Numbered from the stretch's first letter, positions 8,988 to 18,866 are shown. The stretch: DNA of 64,000 nucleotides from an uncultured Chitinophagales bacterium (GCA_964358705.1 CAYHPL010000005.1:4566-68565); one strand, 5' to 3'. Numbers and translations are program-made. The notes: a model not told the origin generated them from the letters alone.

Positions 8988-9884
8988 TTAAAATATCCAA
9001 CGATAACCAAATAAAAATGCAACCACAATATGGATTGCGAGAATAATAAACATAACAATGGTAAAAGGCAAATGGACAACATGCCAATAGTGAAATAATT
9101 TCTGTGTCCCTTCGAGTAATGCAACGCGCTGAAGAAGAATAGCTTTCTTTCGTGCAACGGCAATAATATTTTTTACGTCTTCTTTCTGCACATTTCTCGA
9201 TTTGAGTTGTTCCAGAAGGTGATGTAACGCTGCCCTTCTCTGTGCGCCTTTCAGAAAGAATTCCTTAAAAATCCCATTCCACGAATGTGATTTTTCCCTC
9301 ACTACCGCTCCGATTTTTTCTATTTCTTCAATCAGTGATTCGCTCAAGGAATATTCCTCAAATAATTTTCGTGAATAATCTCGATTCAGGTTTTCCAATT
9401 CATCAAATGTGAGCTCTGTACCTCTGATATTTTTGGGAATTTGTACGTACAAATAGCGACCAATAACACCGCTCAGCACTACTGCAGTCATACTCCAGAA
9501 ACTTACCGAAACAATTCCTCCGAATTTAAATGTAGTATGATATAATACGAATATTGGTCCGACAAGACAGAGAAAAATATGAAACTCCAGCCAGTAACTG
9601 ATTTTTCCCCACGATGATAATGCACGAATTCTTTTTCGCGATGAATACATTGACACGCCAAACACAATCATTGCCGTTCCCAAGAACCCAAGTCCGTGTC
9701 CGTAAAAACCAGTCGGTTTCCATAATTCATAATCGGAATGATACGGACGCTCAGCAATTGAAGTGGAATAGTACGAGCATCCCTTAAATCCAATAACTGA
9801 TACAGAAAGAATACCAAGAAAAAAAAGCAAAAAAACAAAAATTGTGTGAATTGCCTTACTTTGATCGCTTGTATTTTTTCGCAA
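8988..9884 (-). CDS. Inner-membrane protein with candidate heme-b His ligands (ferric-reductase/cytochrome b-like)
   Basis: Probable TTG start at 9884 (the longer ORF runs through a tRNA). About 5 TM helices; GHGLG, WLEFHIF, LYHTT, WHVVHLPF and AIHI motifs. Confidence 0.75.
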   Translation of the reverse strand: MRKNTSDQSKAIHTIFVFLLFFLGILSVSVIGFKGCSYYSTSIAERPYHSDYELWKPTGFYGHGLGFLGTAMIVFGVSMYSSRKRIRALSSWGKISYWLEFHIFLCLVGPIFVLYHTTFKFGGIVSVSFWSMTAVVLSGVIGRYLYVQIPKNIRGTELTFDELENLNRDYSRKLFEEYSLSESLIEEIEKIGAVVREKSHSWNGIFKEFFLKGAQRRAALHHLLEQLKSRNVQKEDVKNIIAVARKKAILLQRVALLEGTQKLFHYWHVVHLPFTIVMFIILAIHIVVAFLFGYRWIF

Positions 9885-9915
9885 AGAGATTTTATTATTT
9901 GTTCTATTGGAAAGT

Positions 9916-9949
9916 AAAATGCAAAATTGATTCTTCAATTTTGCATTTT
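9916..9949 (-). terminator. Hairpin downstream of tRNA-Pro
   Basis: Perfect 15-bp stem aaaatgcaaaattga / tcaattttgcatttt with a 4-nt loop. Confidence 0.6.
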
Positions 9950-9954
9950 TTTTG

Positions 9955-10028
9955 TCGGGATGGGGGGATTCGAACCCCCGGCCTCTTGGTCCCGAACCAA
10001 GCACTCTACCGGACTGAGCCACATCCCG
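9955..10028 (-). tRNA. tRNA-Pro(CGG)
   Basis: CGGGATG...CATCCCG-A acceptor stem, CTTGG-TTCGGGA-CCAAG anticodon arm, GGTTCGAATCC T-arm; CCA not encoded. Confidence 0.95.
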
Positions 10029-10051
10029 AACGAGAAAAAGTGATTATATAA

Positions 10052-11983
10052 TTATTTGTACTTTGTTACGATAACTTTGTTATCTCCATCTCCGCCAGCA
10101 GAAATTATCATTGTATTATTTCCACTTATTGCGACAGAAGTTACGCTTCCTTGATGCAATTTCCATCTCGTGGGCTGAGAATTTGCAACACTCAAATTCC
10201 ACAACACTACTTCTCCATCGCTTGAACCGTAAATCATTTCTGCGTTATCTGATGAAATTGTCTGCGATGTTATGCCATTTGATGAAATCATCATTGATGA
10301 AATTACTTTTCCTGTTGCATTATCCCAAAATAGTGTTTTCCCATTTTCACCGCCGGAAGAAACTATTTTTCCATCCGCACTTATGACAACAGACGTTAAA
10401 ATTGATTCCTGCCCTTTTAAAATATGCTTTACAGTTCCATCATTTGTATTCCATACACGAACAGATGAATCTGCACTTCCTGAAACAAGAAAGCGTCCAT
10501 CAGATGAAATTGCAATAGTCATCACTGCACCGTTATGCCCTGCAAAAGTTTGCTTTAAACTTCCGTCATTTGCATCCCACATTTTTACTGACTTATCATT
10601 ACTTGCAGAAAAAATGTATTTCCCATCTTTAGAAAACACAATTGATGTTATCCAATCTAAATGCGCATCAATTGTTGGAACAGCAGTACGCGGTTCTCCA
10701 GTAAGAAAATTGTAAAAATTAATTTTATTCAGACTGCCGTGAGCAAGAATTTTATCATCCGGTGAAATTGCAACGGTAAGCAACGCGCTTGAATAATCAA
10801 AATACGGTGGTTGCAATAAAATTCCATCATTCAATCTCCACACTTTTGTACTGTTATCGTTTGCCACGGAGGCAATATACTTGCCATCAATTGATATAGC
10901 AACATCGCTAACACCGGAAGTTTGTCCTGAAAAAGTAGCAAGATTTTCGCCAGCAATCGCAGTTGCAAGTTTCTGATTCCATTTTTTATCGCGGGCAATA
11001 TCCATTTGTCTTAGTTCTTCAATTCGTGCGATTTGTTGCTGGTCGCGCCACCAAAACCATCCATAAATCAATCCGCCTATTGCTCCGGCAATCACAATCA
11101 TCATTATTGCGCCGCGGATTGTTTTTGCTTTTTCTTTTGCACGAAATTCTTCGGATAATTTATTTTCATACGGAGTTGAGTCGCCGCCAACGCCGCTAAG
11201 AATATGTAAAAGTTGGCGAACGAGCTCTACATTTCTTTGATTGAACGCAATTGCCATTTCTTTATCAATGATTGCAACTACTTTTTTTGCAATATATTCC
11301 TGCGATGAAGTTACATCTCCGCCGGAAATTGCTGCTACGCCAATATATTTTTCTGTTATTTCATACTTCATGTTATCAAATGAACGCTCCGCCAACCGAA
11401 TTGCTTTTTCTGATAACTGCTGTCGTTGCGGAGTAAGTTCGGGCTGAATTGTTTTAGCAATTAATAAGTATGTTTCAATAACATCTACATCGTCGCCTGC
11501 TAATTTTTCGTCTGCGAGTTGCATCAGGCGCGATTCAAGTTTTTCTTCAAGAGAACGATTTTCATCACTTGCAAGTCGCCCGACATTCAAAAACTTTCGC
11601 ACAAGTCCAACATCACCTTCTTCCAATTTTGTCAAAGCAATATTTAACGCCATTTCGCTAATCCGACGCAAGGTTGATTGCACGTTTGCAATTGTACCTT
11701 TTGCAATCTCGACAAACTCTTCGACAAAATGTGCGCCGCCTTCCTCAAGCGTTTTTTGCGCAAATTGCATCGCTCTGTCTGCTAACATTGTGTGAATTTC
11801 TAAAACATCAAATCCGGATTCATGAATATCTTTCGTTATCGAAAGAACATTATTCATTTCACCAGGATGTTTCATTTCCGGAATTGCTTCCTTGAAATGA
11901 GAAAGGCGTTCTTCTGCCTGTCTTTGAGAATATGCCGGAGCGGATTGTTTTTTGCGTTCTTGTTTGTGTTGTTCGTTATCCAT
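10052..11983 (-). CDS. Single-pass membrane protein: N-terminal helical repeats, C-terminal WD40 propeller
   Basis: TM helix AIMMIVIAGAIGGLIYGWFWW; multiple (G/A)H...V..VA.S.DG...SGS.D.SV.VW repeats. Confidence 0.85.
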   Translation of the reverse strand: MDNEQHKQERKKQSAPAYSQRQAEERLSHFKEAIPEMKHPGEMNNVLSITKDIHESGFDVLEIHTMLADRAMQFAQKTLEEGGAHFVEEFVEIAKGTIANVQSTLRRISEMALNIALTKLEEGDVGLVRKFLNVGRLASDENRSLEEKLESRLMQLADEKLAGDDVDVIETYLLIAKTIQPELTPQRQQLSEKAIRLAERSFDNMKYEITEKYIGVAAISGGDVTSSQEYIAKKVVAIIDKEMAIAFNQRNVELVRQLLHILSGVGGDSTPYENKLSEEFRAKEKAKTIRGAIMMIVIAGAIGGLIYGWFWWRDQQQIARIEELRQMDIARDKKWNQKLATAIAGENLATFSGQTSGVSDVAISIDGKYIASVANDNSTKVWRLNDGILLQPPYFDYSSALLTVAISPDDKILAHGSLNKINFYNFLTGEPRTAVPTIDAHLDWITSIVFSKDGKYIFSASNDKSVKMWDANDGSLKQTFAGHNGAVMTIAISSDGRFLVSGSADSSVRVWNTNDGTVKHILKGQESILTSVVISADGKIVSSGGENGKTLFWDNATGKVISSMMISSNGITSQTISSDNAEMIYGSSDGEVVLWNLSVANSQPTRWKLHQGSVTSVAISGNNTMIISAGGDGDNKVIVTKYK

Positions 11984-12016
11984 AATTTTCCTGTGGATGT
12001 TGAATCAAAATTGGGT

Positions 12017-12024
12017 CAAATATA
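12017..12024 (-). promoter_or_regulatory. Possible Bacteroidota-type -7 promoter element (TATATTTG)
   Basis: Matches TAnnTTTG about 35 nt upstream of the WD40 gene start. Confidence 0.35.
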
Positions 12025-12083
12025 CAAGAAAAGGTTACGTAGAGCAATAATTTTAAAATAAATCTCATCCTGCAAAAATTAGT

Positions 12084-12848
12084 TTATTTTATTGATTTTC
12101 GCTTCCTGACTGCTTCATATAAAACCAACGCAGATGCAACAGATGCATTCAACGATGTAATTTTACCGTACAATGGAATATTCACAATAACGTCACAATG
12201 TTCTGCAACTAATTTTCGCATCCCTTTTCCTTCATTGCCAATAACAATTGCTATCGGTGAAGAATAATCATACTGTGAAAAAGGTAGCTCCGCATTATCT
12301 TTTGTCCCGATAATCCATAATCCTTTTTCTTTCAAATATTCTATTTCCGAAACAATATTTGTAACTTTTGCAATATGGACATATTCTATGGCTCCCGCAG
12401 AAGTTTTTGATACTGTCGCTGTAATGGAGGATGAGTGATGTTTCGGAAGAATAATTCCGTGCACACCGCAACACTCTGCAGTACGGATAATTGCGCCAAG
12501 ATTTTGCGGGTCTTCGATTTCGTCAAGAATAAGAAGCAGCGGTTTCTCCCCTTTCTCTTCCGCATACCGAATCATATCATCTGTATCAACATAATTTTTC
12601 AACGAACGCAACGCGAGAACACCTTGCGTTTCGCTTCCCTGTGAAAGTTCTCGCAACTTTTGAGGAGAAACTTCTGCACAAACAATTCCTTTTTGTTTTG
12701 CAAAATATTTTATCTGCTCCATTGCATTGCCGTGTATTCCATGGAGAATATAAATTTTTTCTATTGCCTGCGAGGAATGGAGGGCTTCAAGAACAGGATT
12801 TCTTCCCGCAATAATATCGGATGAATTATCAACGCGCTCTTTTTTCAA
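12084..12848 (-). CDS. rlmB: 23S rRNA (G2251-2'-O)-methyltransferase
   Basis: GRNPVLEAL, DPQNLGAIIRTAE, IGNEGKGM and SLNASVA SpoU motifs; probable TTG start at 12848. Confidence 0.92.
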   Translation of the reverse strand: MKKERVDNSSDIIAGRNPVLEALHSSQAIEKIYILHGIHGNAMEQIKYFAKQKGIVCAEVSPQKLRELSQGSETQGVLALRSLKNYVDTDDMIRYAEEKGEKPLLLILDEIEDPQNLGAIIRTAECCGVHGIILPKHHSSSITATVSKTSAGAIEYVHIAKVTNIVSEIEYLKEKGLWIIGTKDNAELPFSQYDYSSPIAIVIGNEGKGMRKLVAEHCDVIVNIPLYGKITSLNASVASALVLYEAVRKRKSIK

Positions 12849-12993
12849 GGTAACGTCCCATAGAAAATACGGCAATGCCGATAAAAAAATCGTAGTACAG
12901 CACGGTGAGTTCTGAACCCGTTAAAAATAAAATATATCCTGTTGCAAGTATTGCAATGCCGAGCGCTTCAAATAATTTGGCAACTATTTTCAT
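12829..12993 (-). CDS. Small 54-aa two-TM membrane protein absent from the ORF track
   Basis: Manual translation MKIVAKLFEALGIAILATGYILFLTGSELTVLYYDFFIGIAVFSMGRYLEKRAR; ATGA overlap with the upstream stop; fills the operon gap. Confidence 0.7.
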   Translation of the reverse strand: MKIVAKLFEALGIAILATGYILFLTGSELTVLYYDFFIGIAVFSMGRYLEKRAR

Positions 12994-13235
12994 TGTTCGT
13001 ATTCCATTATTTTTTGCAATAATGCTTTCTCATTTACGCGATACATAAATGATTGTTCGCCCTCAACAAAAACAACCGGCACTTTATCAGAATATTCCTT
13101 AAACATTGGATGCCGTTCTGTTATTTTCGTAATAATTATTTCAAATGGATGTTTTGTGCAAACGCGCTGAATTATTTCCAATGCATCATCGCATAAATGG
13201 CAATCTTCTTTTGAATAAATATGTACACGAACCAT
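12990..13235 (-). CDS. Glutaredoxin-like protein (DUF836 type)
   Basis: YSKEDCHLCDDA redox motif and VPVV cis-Pro motif. Confidence 0.85.
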   Translation of the reverse strand: MVRVHIYSKEDCHLCDDALEIIQRVCTKHPFEIIITKITERHPMFKEYSDKVPVVFVEGEQSFMYRVNEKALLQKIMEYEQ

Positions 13236-13250
13236 TTTTTTTGTATTTAG

Positions 13251-14072
13251 TTATGAAACAGGATGATTGTTAAAATCTGTATTTCTGTTCCAAAATAAAA
13301 TTCCAAGTATAAAAATACCTGCGGAAATTAATTGCGCTTCTGAAAGTCCAAAATAAATTCTTTCATTGATGCGTATGAATTCAATCATAAATCGTTCCGC
13401 GCCGGCAAGCAGTAAATACAACGCAAACATTTTTCCGCTCGCAGAAATTTTACTGCGCATTTTCCACATAACAAAAAAAAGCAATGCGCATATCAAAAAT
13501 TCATAGACGGGCGTGGGATGACACGGAAGATTATCAGGAATAATTCCATCAGGAAAACTGTTTCGAATTTCAGGAAAATCTCTGAATGCTGATGAGGGCG
13601 GATAGGTTCCATTTTCATAATTCGTTCCCCACGGCAAATCTGTCGGATAGCCATAATCGCCATCGCCGGAAAAATGGCATCCTAATCTTGCGATGCCATA
13701 ACCAAGCATCAGCGTCGGAACAATCGCATCAGCGAGAACAAAAAAAGAAAGTCTTTTTATTCTTGCAAAAACATACACCGCAAGAGTTGCAAGAATAAAT
13801 CCGCCATAATATGTTAAACCTGATGGCGAAAAAATCATCTCCACCGGCGCAAGAACAGTGTAGCGCCAGTTTTCAATTACGTACAATAATTTTGAGCCGA
13901 CAATGCCTGCAACCATTGTTATTGCCGTAATTGTATTTACCAAACTTGCATCGAGTTGTTTGCGTTTTATTTCAAGAGAAAGCACATAACTTGCAACAAG
14001 AAATCCAATCGCAACCATTAAACCATAACTGTAAATTGTAAACGGACCAATTTTAAAAAGTATCGGATACAT
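13251..14072 (-). CDS. lgt: Prolipoprotein diacylglyceryl transferase
   Basis: MYPILF..GPFTIYSYG, YYGGF, ARLGC...GD.DYG.PT.LPW, HPTPVYE and RF.IEF.R motifs. Confidence 0.93.
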   Translation of the reverse strand: MYPILFKIGPFTIYSYGLMVAIGFLVASYVLSLEIKRKQLDASLVNTITAITMVAGIVGSKLLYVIENWRYTVLAPVEMIFSPSGLTYYGGFILATLAVYVFARIKRLSFFVLADAIVPTLMLGYGIARLGCHFSGDGDYGYPTDLPWGTNYENGTYPPSSAFRDFPEIRNSFPDGIIPDNLPCHPTPVYEFLICALLFFVMWKMRSKISASGKMFALYLLLAGAERFMIEFIRINERIYFGLSEAQLISAGIFILGILFWNRNTDFNNHPVS

Positions 14073-14103
14073 ACAAATTTACAGCAGCGGAATAAAAAAA
14101 ATC

Positions 14104-14523
14104 TTACTCTTCATTTACAGAAAGTTCTAAAAATTCAAGCGAAGGCATCTTTACAATTTTTCCGATTCCTTTTGCAAATTTAATGGTGAACGAAGATTCA
14201 ACTTTATTCAAATCGAAAACTGAAAAATTATATTCCCCTTTCAAGAGAGGCAATTCTAATACAAATTGTGCAGGACCTGTTTCGGGAATGGAAAGACGAC
14301 TCATCGAAAGTCCTTCTATTGCGAAAGAAAAAGATTTCTTTTCGTGGCGCTCTTTGACAAGCAGATGATAGCGAAAACTGCGGAATATTCTTGTCGTTTC
14401 CAATATAAAAACTGAAAATTCTTTTTGCGAATTTTCATCAAAGCGTGTTTGGATTATAAAACGGTATTCAGCGAGTAGCGTTTCGGGGGGTTTTTTCTTC
14501 TGCATTACATTACTGCGCGTCAA
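14104..14523 (-). CDS. Hypothetical protein
   Basis: 139-aa ORF packed within the operon; start may be MQKKK. Confidence 0.6.
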   Translation of the reverse strand: MTRSNVMQKKKPPETLLAEYRFIIQTRFDENSQKEFSVFILETTRIFRSFRYHLLVKERHEKKSFSFAIEGLSMSRLSIPETGPAQFVLELPLLKGEYNFSVFDLNKVESSFTIKFAKGIGKIVKMPSLEFLELSVNEE

Positions 14524-14983
14524 GATAGAGCGCTTCTGTTTCGCGGAAAATATTCATCACTTCGTGCTGCGATGTTGCGTTTAAAATTCTTTTGCGAAAT
14601 TCTTCCTTGCTCATCAGACGGGAAATTCTGCTTAACAATTTTATATGCGGTCCCACCATATCTTCTCTTCCGACAAGAAGAAAAATCATGCGGATAGGTT
14701 TACCATCAAGTGAATCGTATTCAATCGGATGTTCGGTAACGGCAAATGCAGCAGCAATTGTTGAAACACTGTCTGTTTTTCCGTGCGGAATTGCAAATGC
14801 GTTTCCCACTCCTGTGGACATTTTTCTTTCTCGCTCCCATATTGCTGCGCGCACCCGTTCTTTATTCAATACCGATGGCGATAACGACAAAACATCTATC
14901 AACTGATTGATAACGTCTTCTTTTGTTTTTGCGGGAAAATTTACCCGCACAAGATTTTCATTGAGTATTTCAGAAATTTTCAT
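14510..14983 (-). CDS. PTS IIA component (PtsN/fructose-type)
   Basis: RERKMSTGVGNAFAIPHGK phospho-His motif; DSLDGKP and HIKLLSRISR. Confidence 0.9.
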   Translation of the reverse strand: MKISEILNENLVRVNFPAKTKEDVINQLIDVLSLSPSVLNKERVRAAIWERERKMSTGVGNAFAIPHGKTDSVSTIAAAFAVTEHPIEYDSLDGKPIRMIFLLVGREDMVGPHIKLLSRISRLMSKEEFRKRILNATSQHEVMNIFRETEALYLDAQ

Positions 14984-14995
14984 CCGACACCTTCT

Positions 14996-17509
14996 CTACT
15001 TCAAGTCTCTCCAGTATAATAATTTTTCAACATATTCATCCGCAAGATGATTTGCATCTTCCTGCGTTGCGGCTTCTGCAAGCAAATGGAAGTACGGTTC
15101 TTCTTTGTCAGGAATAACAAGAATAAATTTGGGCGCAGAATTTTCACTGCGAAACGTAATACGAACGCCATCCACAAGTTCACGCGCATATTTTTCTGAA
15201 TCTTTCATCAGATAGCGCATCAGTTTTCCTTTATTTTCCCACGAACATTTTACATCACGCATTTCACTGCACATACTGATTGTTTGTGCATCGAGCGTTC
15301 CCAAACGTTGCTTTGTTTTTGCGAGCAGTTCAAGTATTTTCGTGAACGAATACATTCCATCCACCGCAAAGAAAAAATCGGTAAAGATAAATCCGCCTTT
15401 TGTGCCGCCAACAAATTTCGTACTGGGATCTGATGCCGCTTCCATCATTGCAAGATGTGCAGTTTTTGTTTTTGTAACTTTCACTTTGTGCTCTTCTGCA
15501 ATCATATCTATTTCTGCTGAACCGGAAACAGGAACGGCAATGCGCTGTGTTTGTGTATTGACAGTTAAAAATAATTTCGTTACGAGTGTCAGCAATCTTT
15601 CAGAAGAAATCTCACTTCCTGTTTCATCAATGATGGTAATTTTTTCTCCGCCCGCATCTATAATACAGCCAATATCATATTTCAATGAAGTAACAATTCT
15701 CCCCACTGTTGCAATGGATTCCTGCACTTCCTCCGGTGTTTTTGCAAGACGGTTCGGGTCGAGATACGCATTGAGTGCAACAACTTCGCATCCCAAATAT
15801 CCAAGAATATTCGGAAATATTGTGGAAGCAACGCCATTGGCATAATCCACAACAATTTTCATTTTATCCTTCTGAATATATTCTTCGTCAATATGCTCCA
15901 GAAATTTTATGCGATACGATTCTGCGGTGCGCTGCGGGAAATTGATAGTACCGACATTTTTTGCAGTTGCCCGTACATAATCTTCCCCAAAAAAGAACCG
16001 CTCAATATTTTTTGTACGCTTTTTCGGTAAATCTTTTCCGCCTGCATCAAAGAAAATAATATCCGTTTGTTGCGGATTGCGCGGTGATTTGCGTACGTGA
16101 AATCCTGCGCTTTCTTTTCCCGTCGAAAGTTCGTGGCGCACAAGCGGAATTGGCATTGCCTGTAAATCATTCACATGGCAACCGGCAGAAAGCAAACCGC
16201 AAATCAGCGCTCGGCTCATCATACGTGAAACATTATCCGAATCGTAACTTGCGACAATATATTTCCCCTGTCCGATTGCTGCACCAAATGCAGAACCAAG
16301 TTTCGCGCCAAATTCAGGATTCATTTCAATATTGGAAAGCCCGGAAACACGCGCATCGGCAAATAATTCCCGCAGCCATCGGTCTTCCCACACTAAACTA
16401 TGTGCAAGACGAGCTCCGTCTTCCACTGTTTTCTGTGGCCACAATTTTATATTCGGTGCAAGATGCGCTCCTCTTCCAATCGTACATTTCTCAGCAATGA
16501 AAACAGAATCTGAAATAAAACTTTTCTCGCCAATGTGCGTTGCATTTCCGATTACATCGGAAGAAAGTTGCGCATTACGTTCTATCGTTATATTATTCCA
16601 CAACACGGAATTCCGAATCACTGCGCCGGATTCAATAACACAATTATCACCGAGTACGGAATTACTAATACGCACATTCTCCGCAATTTTGCAATTTTCT
16701 CCAATCACAACCGTACCGGAAAGAAATTCCCATTTTGATTTTATTTCGGTTCCGATGCCAATAAAATGGTCGCCGTTTTCAATGCCGCTGAAACCAACTT
16801 TCACTCTGCGCGAAAGACAATCGAAATGCGCTTCCTGATATTCATTGAGTGTTCCGATGTCGCGCCAATATCCTTCTGCAATGTAGCCGCAGAGTTTTGC
16901 TTTCTGTTCCATTAAAAGCGGAAAGAGATTATTGCTGAAATCAAATTCTTCACGATATGGAATTAAATTCAACACATCCGGCTCAATGATATAAATTCCG
17001 GTATTAATCGTATCGGAAAATACTTCTCCCCACGATGGCTTTTCTAAAAATCGTGTAATATTTCCTTCATCATCAGTAATAACGACACCGAATTGTAATG
17101 GATTCGGAACGCGCGTTAATACAATTGTAACTTTTGCTTTTTGTTCTTCGTGAAATTGAATTGCTTTGGTGAGGTCAAAATCGGTAAGTACATCGCCGCT
17201 GATGACGATGAAACGGTCATTGAGATATTCTGCCGCATTGCGCACACTTCCCGCCGTGCCATAATCCGCTTCTGCGCGCACATAATTGAGCGAGACATCA
17301 AGTTTTTTTCCATCGCCGAAATAATTTGTAATAATTTCCGGCTGATAGAAAAGTGTTGCCACCATTTCATTGATGTTATGATGCCGCAATAACTCAATGA
17401 TATGTTGCATCATCGGTTTGTTCATCATAGGAACCATCGGTTTGGGAATCGAATACGTCAATGGACGCAATCGTGTTCCGAAACCGCCTGCCATAATTAC
17501 CGCTTTCAT
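14996..17509 (-). CDS. Mannose-1-phosphate guanylyltransferase / phosphomannomutase-like fusion
   Basis: MKAVIMAGGFGTRLRPLT NTP-transferase, hexapeptide LbH region, C-terminal PGM/PMM-like domain. Confidence 0.88.
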   Translation of the reverse strand: MKAVIMAGGFGTRLRPLTYSIPKPMVPMMNKPMMQHIIELLRHHNINEMVATLFYQPEIITNYFGDGKKLDVSLNYVRAEADYGTAGSVRNAAEYLNDRFIVISGDVLTDFDLTKAIQFHEEQKAKVTIVLTRVPNPLQFGVVITDDEGNITRFLEKPSWGEVFSDTINTGIYIIEPDVLNLIPYREEFDFSNNLFPLLMEQKAKLCGYIAEGYWRDIGTLNEYQEAHFDCLSRRVKVGFSGIENGDHFIGIGTEIKSKWEFLSGTVVIGENCKIAENVRISNSVLGDNCVIESGAVIRNSVLWNNITIERNAQLSSDVIGNATHIGEKSFISDSVFIAEKCTIGRGAHLAPNIKLWPQKTVEDGARLAHSLVWEDRWLRELFADARVSGLSNIEMNPEFGAKLGSAFGAAIGQGKYIVASYDSDNVSRMMSRALICGLLSAGCHVNDLQAMPIPLVRHELSTGKESAGFHVRKSPRNPQQTDIIFFDAGGKDLPKKRTKNIERFFFGEDYVRATAKNVGTINFPQRTAESYRIKFLEHIDEEYIQKDKMKIVVDYANGVASTIFPNILGYLGCEVVALNAYLDPNRLAKTPEEVQESIATVGRIVTSLKYDIGCIIDAGGEKITIIDETGSEISSERLLTLVTKLFLTVNTQTQRIAVPVSGSAEIDMIAEEHKVKVTKTKTAHLAMMEAASDPSTKFVGGTKGGFIFTDFFFAVDGMYSFTKILELLAKTKQRLGTLDAQTISMCSEMRDVKCSWENKGKLMRYLMKDSEKYARELVDGVRITFRSENSAPKFILVIPDKEEPYFHLLAEAATQEDANHLADEYVEKLLYWRDLK

Positions 17510-17783
17510 TGCTCGATGTTGTTTAGTGAGGAAAAATTGCCGCAAAAAATACAAAAAACTTCAAGGGGTATCAAAGAAAGGAAGAAGAAATTTCTTTGTG
17601 CAATAAAAAAGTTTTATTGCAATGCGTGTGAATACTATTTCTTCTTGCCATAGATAATGAATTGGATTGAGAATGGAATTTTATTTTTTTAAAAAATAAT
17701 AATTGCAGAAAAAGCGTAAATGTTATGAACTATTGACATTGAAAATTTCTGACGTATATTACTCACGAAATTTTTATTAGCAA

Positions 17784-18866
17784 ATGAATTACGATAGTTA
17801 TATGAAAATAATGTTACTGCTCTTTTGCGTTGCGATGATGCAGACGTGCAAAGAGAAACCGGTGGAGAATAATGATGACGACAAACCCGGACGCCGGGAT
17901 TATACGTGGACAATTGATACACTCTCATACCCGGGAAGTTTACAAACTTCTATGTACGATATGTATGCTGTAAATACAAAGAATATTTATGTCGTGGGAC
18001 ATAATGAAGTTGGGGACGGTAAAATGTATCATTATAATGGAATTAATTGGCAACCGGTAAAACTACATCCATCACAAGGTGGGCACATTGAAGGTGCAAT
18101 TGATTTATCTGCCATTTATGGTTTTGGTGCAAATGATATTTGGGCAGTAGGTTATCGTGATTACTTTGATCCGGTGCTTCGTAAATCGCACGATTCTACG
18201 TTAATCATACATTACAACGGAAGTCAGTGGCGCGAGGCGAATATAGATTACGAGAAGGGAGAGTTGCAGGGAGTTTGGGGAAGTGCACCGAATGATGTAT
18301 GGGCGGGAGGTACTTATGGAACGCTCTATCATTATGATGGAAGTGTGTGGAATAAACAATCGTTTGATACAACATTATGGATATCAAATTTTGGTGGTAA
18401 TGCTTCGGAACAATTTGTCAATGCTTATAAAAGAATAGATACGGCCGGATACTTTGCTACAATACATTGTTTGCTTTCCTATAAAGAAACAATCTGGACA
18501 ATTATTGAGAAGTTTGCTGAGATCCCAAATGCACAGTGGACTTTTGGCCATTCTTCAATTCGTTACATTGATAACGAATTCTATAGTGCCGGATATGGTT
18601 TATTTAAGAAAAAGAATGATACGTGGCAGAGGTTATTCGATTCTGGTGCCGATTCTTTTCTTGATGTATTTGGAACTCGAAATAAAAATATCTTTGTGAT
18701 TGGTGTTTATGGAATCGTATATCATTTTAACGGAAACAATTGGAAAAAGCTTGATGAATTATATAATACATCATTATCATACTTCAGTTCTGGCTGGACG
18801 AACGAAAAGGAAGTGTTCTTACTTGCAAGCGATAATTACAAAACATATATCTACCATGGAAAGTAG
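17784..18866 (+). CDS. Putative lipoprotein with Trp-rich beta-propeller-like repeats
   Basis: Signal peptide ending MQT-C; repeated D(I/V)WA.G....H(Y/F)(N/D)G..W; start may be 17802. Confidence 0.75.
   Translation: MNYDSYMKIMLLLFCVAMMQTCKEKPVENNDDDKPGRRDYTWTIDTLSYPGSLQTSMYDMYAVNTKNIYVVGHNEVGDGKMYHYNGINWQPVKLHPSQGGHIEGAIDLSAIYGFGANDIWAVGYRDYFDPVLRKSHDSTLIIHYNGSQWREANIDYEKGELQGVWGSAPNDVWAGGTYGTLYHYDGSVWNKQSFDTTLWISNFGGNASEQFVNAYKRIDTAGYFATIHCLLSYKETIWTIIEKFAEIPNAQWTFGHSSIRYIDNEFYSAGYGLFKKKNDTWQRLFDSGADSFLDVFGTRNKNIFVIGVYGIVYHFNGNNWKKLDELYNTSLSYFSSGWTNEKEVFLLASDNYKTYIYHGK

Noticed and set aside
9885-10022. N-terminal extension of ORF 8988-10022
   Set aside because: It is a translation of tRNA-Pro and its terminator; the real start is probably TTG 9884.
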